The position numbers were made by a program, and so were the translations under genes. From IMG/VR virus record IMGVR_UViG_3300025838_000008: a stretch of DNA of 42,888 bases. One strand, 5' to 3'. The first letter of the stretch is position 1. Every line of letters begins with the position of its first letter. Below are positions 33,923 through 39,273 of this stretch, piece by piece. This stretch comes from a virus. A model generated the notes under the pieces. It had not been told where the DNA came from. It saw only the letters and a program-made list of their open reading frames with translations, and did no database searches.

Positions 33923-34150
33923 ATGACCCACGAAATGAAGATCCGGCGCGCAAACAGCCTTTTGGCAACACGACGTCGAGCTCTTTCAGCCGCGGTGCAG
34001 GTTGCTCGAGCCGAGGGTGTGCCCTGGCGCACGATTGGTAAGTGGCTTGGGGTCAGCGGACAGGCCGCGCAGCAGCGTTTTGGGCGTGACAGTGAGAATG
34101 AGTCTCAATATTGTCAACCATCCATTGACGTGAACGACGCGCAAAGGTAG
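33923..34150 (+). CDS. helix-turn-helix regulator (Cro/repressor-like candidate)
   Basis: VPWRTIGKWLGVSGQAAQQRFG is a classic HTH/sigma-region-4-like segment. Start chosen at ATG 33923 from the promoter geometry. ATG 33935 and the ORF-track GTG 33896 are alternatives. Confidence 0.55.
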   Translation: MTHEMKIRRANSLLATRRRALSAAVQVARAEGVPWRTIGKWLGVSGQAAQQRFGRDSENESQYCQPSIDVNDAQR

Positions 34151-34159
34151 ATTGAGCTC

Positions 34160-34357
34160 ATGGCAAAGGCTCCCAAGACCTACAAGAAGCGCAAGCCCCC
34201 GCGTAAGAGCGCGAAGCAGGTGCGCCAGGAGTTGCGCGCCGAGGAAAAGGCGTGGGTCGCACAGTCGAGCGCCGTCACCGTTCGTAAGGCCACTATCAAG
34301 CGCGAGTGGGATCCGATCAAGCGCCGGTATGTGTTGCGCGAGTTGGTGAGCGCGTGA
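34160..34357 (+). CDS. hypothetical basic protein
   Basis: ORF-track 65 aa, Lys/Arg-rich N-terminus. Confidence 0.5.
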   Translation: MAKAPKTYKKRKPPRKSAKQVRQELRAEEKAWVAQSSAVTVRKATIKREWDPIKRRYVLRELVSA

Positions 34358-34494
34358 CAAACGAATTGGCACGTTTGATGGACCAACGGGCGCAGACGAT
34401 TTTGGATGACCCTAAGTATCAGAAAAGGCTGTCCTACGTTTTGGACAATCACGGCAACGACGACTTTTTTGAGGTTGTCCAACTTCCGCTTTGA
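34354..34494 (+). CDS. hypothetical small protein (46 aa)
   Basis: GTG 34354 in a GTGA overlap with the upstream stop. Sequence VTNELARLMDQRAQTILDDPKYQKRLSYVLDNHGNDDFFEVVQLPL. Confidence 0.45.
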   Translation: MTNELARLMDQRAQTILDDPKYQKRLSYVLDNHGNDDFFEVVQLPL

Positions 34495-34543
34495 TCTAGA
34501 CTGAACAGCGTTTACGAAGCGCACGTCACTTTCGAGACAGGAG

Positions 34544-34571
34544 CCCACCCTTCGGGGTGGGTTTTCTGTTT
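34544..34571 (+). terminator. rho-independent terminator
   Basis: CCCACCC-UUCG-GGGUGGG followed by UUUUCUGUUU. Confidence 0.75.
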
Positions 34572-34596
34572 GTGCGTTGGCGTTGTCGAGGGTGTC

Positions 34597-34625
34597 TTGA
34601 CACGCATGTTGCGTCGACATATTCT
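34597..34625 (+). promoter_or_regulatory. near-consensus promoter driving the ORF-poor region
   Basis: TTGACA (34597..34602), 17 nt, TATTCT (34620..34625). The spacer contains the palindrome ACGCA-TGT-TGCGT. Flanked by TGTCGA/TCGACA. Confidence 0.6.
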
Positions 34626-34631
34626 GATGCC

Positions 34632-35540
34632 CTCAGCCGGTGCAGCTGATGTGGGTGCGAATCCCCTCCGGGTACGAGCGAGTGACGCGTAGCGCCTCCT
34701 AGACCGGAAGTGTCCCCGGTTAGAGCGGGATCAAGTACCCCGCGCCTCGAGTTGAACGACAGTCCTCGTGGTGATGTGTTGGAATCCCATCGTGAGAAAC
34801 TGACCGGCTTCGGGGATGCGGTGGATTGCAAACGTCAAAAGCGTTGAGGACACTCAGGTGAACTAGATCTTCGGTGCTCGAGAACTACCTGACGCCTCGC
34901 TTCGCTCGTTGTCCTAGCGCGCCTAACGGCTTGCTCCCATGTGAAGCCAAATGAGAATGAGTCTCAAAGCCGTGGATCTTGTCGACGTCAAAGGTCGTCA
35001 CTGGGGCTTGAGAAGGCGTGTGAATGTGCCCGAATGGTGCGATCGAAACGCTCAGGATGCGAAAAATACCGAGAATTTTCGGAGGGGGACAGAACGAACA
35101 AAGCCCTGAGCGGTGAGACACATGCCGGGTTACAACACCAGACACTCAAGCAGGCGGCTCAACCTCGTGTCCGCTCAGGGCTCGGGGTCAGATGCGACTG
35201 CCACCCTCAGACACTCTCGAAACTGCAAGTCACAGCAAACTCGCAGAGTCATGTTTCACGTGGAACACCAACTGGTCACGCCACCGGTCAACACCATCGA
35301 CTCACACTCGCCTCACTCACATTCTGCTGATGAATGAGGTATGTGGGGCGCAGCCGAAATGAAGGGTCGCGGCACGCGCCGCTCCCGTCGAACACGTTGA
35401 CAGCACGCGAGCGTCGCAGACAGCAACACGCCGAGACGGTCGCCGTTGCACCCACGAACAGCACGACCGCAAACCAACCAACGCGCCCAACCCTCAGCTA
35501 GTCCAACTCGGGACAAAACCACCAGGGACTACCGAAAACA
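34632..35540 (+). ncRNA. candidate long structured non-coding transcript or 5' leader
   Basis: About 0.9 kb with only short or compositionally odd ORFs. GC3 of the longest, 34941..35330, is about 50% by my count. It lies behind a strong promoter and has several long helices (for example 35102..35182). No known RNA family recognised. Confidence 0.3.
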
Positions 35541-35541
35541 C

Positions 35542-35570
35542 TTGACAGCGCGCCAACACTATGCCAGAAT
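35542..35570 (+). promoter_or_regulatory. promoter with leaderless geometry for the plus-strand operon
   Basis: TTGACA (35542..35547), 17 nt, CAGAAT (35565..35570), 6 nt, ATG 35577. No SD upstream of the ATG. Confidence 0.5.
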
Positions 35571-35576
35571 ATACGC

Positions 35577-36023
35577 ATGACAACACACGGAGCCACCACC
35601 ACACCAACAACGCGCGCATGGAAAACAGCGCTAACCGCAAACGGATTTTACAACGTGTTCGAGGAAGACCTCGCAGGTGGGATCTGGTGCCTCCACGCCG
35701 AATTTGGCGAAGGTGGCGACAGACTCGCAGAAATACGCATCATGGGAGCGACACCCGAAACAGAACGCAGCAACTCAGAACTATGGACATACCACTACCC
35801 CACACCCCACGACACCCACACGTGTCACGCGCTCTACATCAGCAAGCCACGCGCGCAATGGACACCAGAGGAACACCAACACGGACCGGAAACGTACGAA
35901 GTACAAGACGACCCAAACGACAGCATCACACCAAACACGCCAGACGCAACCACAGCGCGCGCGATCCTACACCACGCCATACGAACCTACCAGCGCGCAA
36001 CAAAAGGAGAACTCGCCTACTAA
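35577..36023 (+). CDS. hypothetical protein (148 aa)
   Basis: All three forward frames are open here because the strand is T-poor. This frame has the only protein-like composition (…FYNVFEEDLAGGIWCLHAEFGEGGDRLAEIRIMG…) and its ATG fits the leaderless promoter. Confidence 0.55.
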   Translation: MTTHGATTTPTTRAWKTALTANGFYNVFEEDLAGGIWCLHAEFGEGGDRLAEIRIMGATPETERSNSELWTYHYPTPHDTHTCHALYISKPRAQWTPEEHQHGPETYEVQDDPNDSITPNTPDATTARAILHHAIRTYQRATKGELAY

Positions 36024-36115
36024 CAACACGTCGCGCAGTGTGCAGACACCACCGACCCACGACCGGAGCGCGACACTCTGACAACACCGTCAGAACAACA
36101 GAACAGGAAACCACA

Positions 36116-36739
36116 ATGAGCATCGACACCCAAACCACAACGACAACGCTCAGCATGAGCGCGACCGAACTACGACACCTCGCGACGATCGCGAACTACG
36201 CAAGCAAAGACGAAGCACGCCCATTACTCACCTACGTGAGACTGACGCCCAACGGAGACACGTGCGAAGCCATCACGACGGACAGTTACGTACTGGCGCG
36301 AATAATCGTCGACGTTAAAACCAGCGACCACACCAACACGACGCCTATCTACGTGCGCGCCGAACTACTAGAGCGCGCTGTAAAAACCTTCGCAAACAGT
36401 CGCACGCGCGCCACCGGAACAATCACCATCACAGACGACGGGCACAACACGACCGTTACCAGCAACAACTACCCCGACACAATCGGCGCGCCCAGCATGA
36501 CAGACACATACCCCGACGTAGATAGGTTGATCCCAAGCGCCCGAGGAATCAGCGAAGTCACCACGGGAGTAGCCCTAAACCCCCACTTTCTCGCCAAACT
36601 CGCGAAATTGTACCCGTGGAACGAAGACAAGACGAGCGGCGCCATCATCCGAACCATCACCGACGCAACACGCCCAATCGTCATCGAATCGCGCGACGGA
36701 CGGACGACCGTTCTACAAATGCCGATGCGACTTCCATAG
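36116..36739 (+). CDS. DNA polymerase III beta sliding-clamp-like protein (short form)
   Basis: ATG 36116 after AGGAAA. ...ASKDEARPLLTYVRLTP...AITTDSYVLAR (DnaN-like TDxxRLA motif) and C-terminal ALNPHFLAKLAKL...RTTVLQMPMRLP (DnaN-like ...vlMPmRl end). The upstream 185 codons of ORF 35561..36739 are discounted. Confidence 0.6.
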   Translation: MSIDTQTTTTTLSMSATELRHLATIANYASKDEARPLLTYVRLTPNGDTCEAITTDSYVLARIIVDVKTSDHTNTTPIYVRAELLERAVKTFANSRTRATGTITITDDGHNTTVTSNNYPDTIGAPSMTDTYPDVDRLIPSARGISEVTTGVALNPHFLAKLAKLYPWNEDKTSGAIIRTITDATRPIVIESRDGRTTVLQMPMRLP

Positions 36740-36790
36740 GACGAAACGCGCGCGAGCGCGTCCACTGGTAATGCCAGTGCTGATGAGTCC
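36739..36790 (+). ncRNA. type II hammerhead ribozyme, copy 1
   Basis: GGAC|GAAA|CGCGC-GCGA-GCGCG|U|C^|CACUGG-UAAUG-CCAGUG|CUGAUGA|GUCC. The core is complete. Stem III has 6 bp including A15.1-U16.1 and a GNRA loop. Stem I has 6 bp. Open stem II has 4 bp with G10.1-C11.1. Predicted cleavage is after C36762. Confidence 0.85.
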
Positions 36791-36809
36791 AAACAGGGAG
36801 ACAACAACA

Positions 36810-37166
36810 ATGACCACAACAACCAACCACACCACCGAAACGCTAGCGACACTTGCCGCCGCTATTACGTGGCACAGCGACAACGGGCACGGATGGCTAC
36901 AGATCGACGGCCACCGAGCGCCCGCACTGATGCTGTTGGCCCGCGAGTGTTCGACCGGCTACGACTACGCACACGACGGGAGTATCTACCTCGAAGAAGA
37001 TTGCTCAGTCGGGGTATTCGCTCGCACCATCAGCGCGCGCTACAACATCGACCCCGATAACGTGCGCGCGACGATCAGCGCGGCCGACGATATCTACACG
37101 AACGGAGATTCACCGGTACGCACCTACAGCCGCCTAGCCGCCGGCCGGATCGGGAAAAACTACTAA
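36810..37166 (+). CDS. hypothetical protein (118 aa)
   Basis: ATG 36810, 8 nt after AGGGAGA. The ORF-track start at 36771 lies inside the ribozyme stem I loop. Confidence 0.6.
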   Translation: MTTTTNHTTETLATLAAAITWHSDNGHGWLQIDGHRAPALMLLARECSTGYDYAHDGSIYLEEDCSVGVFARTISARYNIDPDNVRATISAADDIYTNGDSPVRTYSRLAAGRIGKNY

Positions 37167-37169
37167 CCA

Positions 37170-37220
37170 GATCGAAACGGGCTTAGCCCGTCGTCGCGTG
37201 ATGCGCGGCCTGATGAGATC
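37170..37220 (+). ncRNA. type II hammerhead ribozyme, copy 2
   Basis: GAUC|GAAA|CGGGC-UUA-GCCCG|U|C^|GUCGCG-UGAUG-CGCGGC|CUGAUGA|GAUC. Predicted cleavage is after C37192. Confidence 0.85.
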
Positions 37221-37241
37221 AGCGAACAGGGAGATACAGAA

Positions 37242-37745
37242 ATGACCACACACGAAACCCGAACCGGCGCCGAAATGGTGCGCGACGTGTTCAACGAATA
37301 CGTTGCAGCACTTGACGGAATCGACGTACTGACAAGCGCGCTTGACATGCTCGACGCACGCAACATGGAGCTAACCCTACGCAACGCGCGGACGGCTGCG
37401 CGCGCGTTCACCCAAGACCCAACCGAGCGCAAAAACGCGCTACGTGTCATCGACGACACCGAGCACGCCACCACCGAACCGGAGGACAGCGTAGCCATGG
37501 CCTATTTCGAGGACATACTCGAAGCCGTCATACACGGACAGCGCACCCTCGGCGGAGAATGGCGCGCCACCGAACTTGAATTCTTACTTGCCTACGGCGG
37601 CCCGACAGTACGCATGACCAACAACGGCAGCGCAGAATACGTACGCCTCACCGTCACATGGGCCGGCGACGAACACAGCGCGCGCGTGTACGCGCCAGCC
37701 ACGGCAGCGTTCATGAGTGAGATGCTCGACGCCTACGCCGAGTAG
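37242..37745 (+). CDS. hypothetical protein (167 aa)
   Basis: ORF track; AGGGAGA 7 nt upstream. Confidence 0.65.
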   Translation: MTTHETRTGAEMVRDVFNEYVAALDGIDVLTSALDMLDARNMELTLRNARTAARAFTQDPTERKNALRVIDDTEHATTEPEDSVAMAYFEDILEAVIHGQRTLGGEWRATELEFLLAYGGPTVRMTNNGSAEYVRLTVTWAGDEHSARVYAPATAAFMSEMLDAYAE

Positions 37746-37867
37746 CCCAGCGCGCCCAGCGCGCACGACCCCCGACCCCACCAGGCCGGAGCTCGTGCGG
37801 GCCGAGTGAGCCCGAGCAATTCGCAACGATGCGAGCAACGCAATAGCAAAACAGGGAGATGCGAGAA

Positions 37868-38431
37868 ATGGCGATACACGAAACAACAGCGGCACCGACA
37901 CCGGAAAACTGCGGTCCGCTCAACCAATGCGAGCGCTGCCGGAACCTAACCGCCGTCGAGGAACTGCGCGAGTCTGGCGACACGGTGGAACTCGACAACG
38001 GGCGCGCGATCCGGCTGACTATCGAACCGGATTACGACACCGAACTAAATGACTTCCCCGACTGCTACGGGCTGGTCGAATTCGCGCGGCGCAATCGCAA
38101 TTACGGTGGATGGGTCCGGCCCGAGGGATTCGACGGCAACGCCGAGGTAATGAGTTGCGGGAATTCCGACCCGTACTGGTGGCAACCGCCAGCAGACGTA
38201 AAGCGCGGCACTGAGGGATTCGAGAAACTGCGTCGAACGGTGCGCGAGCTTGTGGAATTCGGATTCGTCGGGGTCGTTGTGGAATTGCGAGAAACGCTTA
38301 GCGATTCTCACGGCAACCCACACGTCGTCACGGTGGACACGAATTCGTTGTGGGGGATCGAATGGGGGGTCACGGGTGACTACCTCGCCGGCACGATTCG
38401 CGACCTGGTGGACGGCTGGATAGGCGAGTAA
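37868..38431 (+). CDS. hypothetical protein (187 aa)
   Basis: ATG 37868, 8 nt after AGGGAGA; the ORF-track start at 37859 overlaps the SD. Confidence 0.6.
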   Translation: MAIHETTAAPTPENCGPLNQCERCRNLTAVEELRESGDTVELDNGRAIRLTIEPDYDTELNDFPDCYGLVEFARRNRNYGGWVRPEGFDGNAEVMSCGNSDPYWWQPPADVKRGTEGFEKLRRTVRELVEFGFVGVVVELRETLSDSHGNPHVVTVDTNSLWGIEWGVTGDYLAGTIRDLVDGWIGE

Positions 38432-38434
38432 CAA

Positions 38435-38484
38435 GAACGAAACGCCTACGGGCGTCCGCGGGTGATTCTCGCGCTGATGAGTTC
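38435..38484 (+). ncRNA. type II hammerhead ribozyme, copy 3
   Basis: GAAC|GAAA|CGCC-UACG-GGCG|U|C^|CGCGGG-UGAUU-CUCGCG|CUGAUGA|GUUC. The stem III loop is of UNCG type. Predicted cleavage is after C38456. Confidence 0.85.
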
Positions 38485-38504
38485 AGAAAATAGGGAGAAA
38501 TGAA

Positions 38505-38711
38505 ATGCACACCGAGAAAGTTCAAGGATTCAAGGTACGGTGCCGGACCTGCCGGACCACACCGCAGGCCGAGAGCGCGGCACGCGGCGTCTTTCAGCAC
38601 GCCGTAGTAATGCGAGAAACGCTCTACGCATGGGCTGACGGACCACACAACGGCCACGACGTTGTTGCCGAGCCCGCGACCATCGAGGTCATCGTTGGGG
38701 ATGTGGCGTGA
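38505..38711 (+). CDS. hypothetical protein (68 aa)
   Basis: ORF track; AGGGAGA 6 nt upstream. Confidence 0.55.
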   Translation: MHTEKVQGFKVRCRTCRTTPQAESAARGVFQHAVVMRETLYAWADGPHNGHDVVAEPATIEVIVGDVA

Positions 38712-39001
38712 TGACTTGGTACTACCGGATCAACGCGCCACACGACGAGCTCGAAGATGACGGCACCAGCCACGGGCTAGTTCCAATCAACGAAGCCACC
38801 GAATTTGTCGCCAATTCCTTGGCGTGCTTATGGCGCGAAAATGGCGACGAGAGCTACCTGCACGCCATCGCTGACGTCCTAAGCCCCGATCGGACACGGG
38901 ACGGTTGGCGCGACGCCGCCAGTATCCCCGACCTGACGGCATGGAAAAAAAACGTGGATGGCAAGCTGTGGACCATCACCGGAGAGGAAGTCCCAGCGTG
39001 A
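38708..39001 (+). CDS. hypothetical protein (97 aa)
   Basis: ORF track. GTG 38708 or ATG 38711 overlaps the upstream stop. Confidence 0.55.
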   Translation: MMTWYYRINAPHDELEDDGTSHGLVPINEATEFVANSLACLWRENGDESYLHAIADVLSPDRTRDGWRDAASIPDLTAWKKNVDGKLWTITGEEVPA

Positions 39002-39177
39002 GAGCCGTTCAGTACGTCGAAACGGGCGAGCCCGACCGCCTATGCGATTCGTGTATCGCGGACTTGGGGGGGCGCGTCGAAGTCATCTCGCGCGCTATCG
39101 TTGCCGTCGAGGGGCAACGGTGCGCCGGATGCTGGCAGACGGTCTACACCGACTCGGTGGGGAAGGAAAGAAAGTAG
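38998..39177 (+). CDS. small zinc-ribbon protein (59 aa)
   Basis: GTG 38998 in a GTGA overlap. Sequence VRAVQYVETGEPDRLCDSCIADLGG...QRCAGCWQ, with two CxxC pairs. Confidence 0.5.
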   Translation: MRAVQYVETGEPDRLCDSCIADLGGRVEVISRAIVAVEGQRCAGCWQTVYTDSVGKERK

Positions 39178-39182
39178 GATTA

Positions 39183-39201
39183 TCGCGCTCGCTGAGCGCG
39201 A
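39183..39201. terminator. terminator hairpin between convergent operons
   Basis: tcgcgctc-gct-gagcgcga. Confidence 0.55.
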
Positions 39202-39239
39202 GCCGCCGTCAGGTTCCATCCCTGTTCCCTGACGGCGGC
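39202..39239. terminator. second, 12-bp terminator hairpin between convergent operons
   Basis: gccgccgtcagg / cctgacggcggc with a 14-nt loop. Confidence 0.6.
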
Positions 39240-39273
39240 TCAGGCCCAGCGGATCAAGATTTAGCGATGCGAG

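Noticed and set aside
34651-34792. tRNA-like T-loop strings (GGTGCGAATCCC at about 34656, TTGGAATCCC at about 34779)
   Set aside because: Each putative T-stem has a mismatch. No matching acceptor stem, D-arm or anticodon arm could be built. No tRNA is called.
35041-35066. GAUCGAAACGC...GCGA resembling the 5' half of hammerhead copy 2
   Set aside because: The U16.1 position is an A. No stem I hairpin or CUGAUGA follows. At most it is a degraded fragment.
35102-35182. Retron-like or DGR-like interpretation of the long inverted repeat
   Set aside because: No reverse-transcriptase ORF (no YxDD-type motif noticed) occurs anywhere in the window. No template/variable repeat pair was found.
35326-35395. 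Hammerhead-like string CUGAUGAA...GAAA...GUC in the non-coding region
   Set aside because: The nucleotide after CUGAUGA is A, opposite a C, so there is no G10.1-C11.1 pair. No continuous stem II can be drawn between the two core strands. The putative stem III breaks after three pairs. Treated as chance or a decayed relic.
35561-36115. N-terminal 185 codons of the 392-aa ORF 35561..36739, and the 134-aa ORF 35677..36081
   Set aside because: These frames are open only because the strand is T-poor. The translations are Arg/Thr/His/Asn low-complexity sequence. The 35577 frame has protein-like composition and fits the promoter.
39183-39239. attP or integration-site interpretation of the two hairpins
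   Set aside because: No integrase or excisionase gene was recognised in the genome. The location between convergent operons fits bidirectional terminators.
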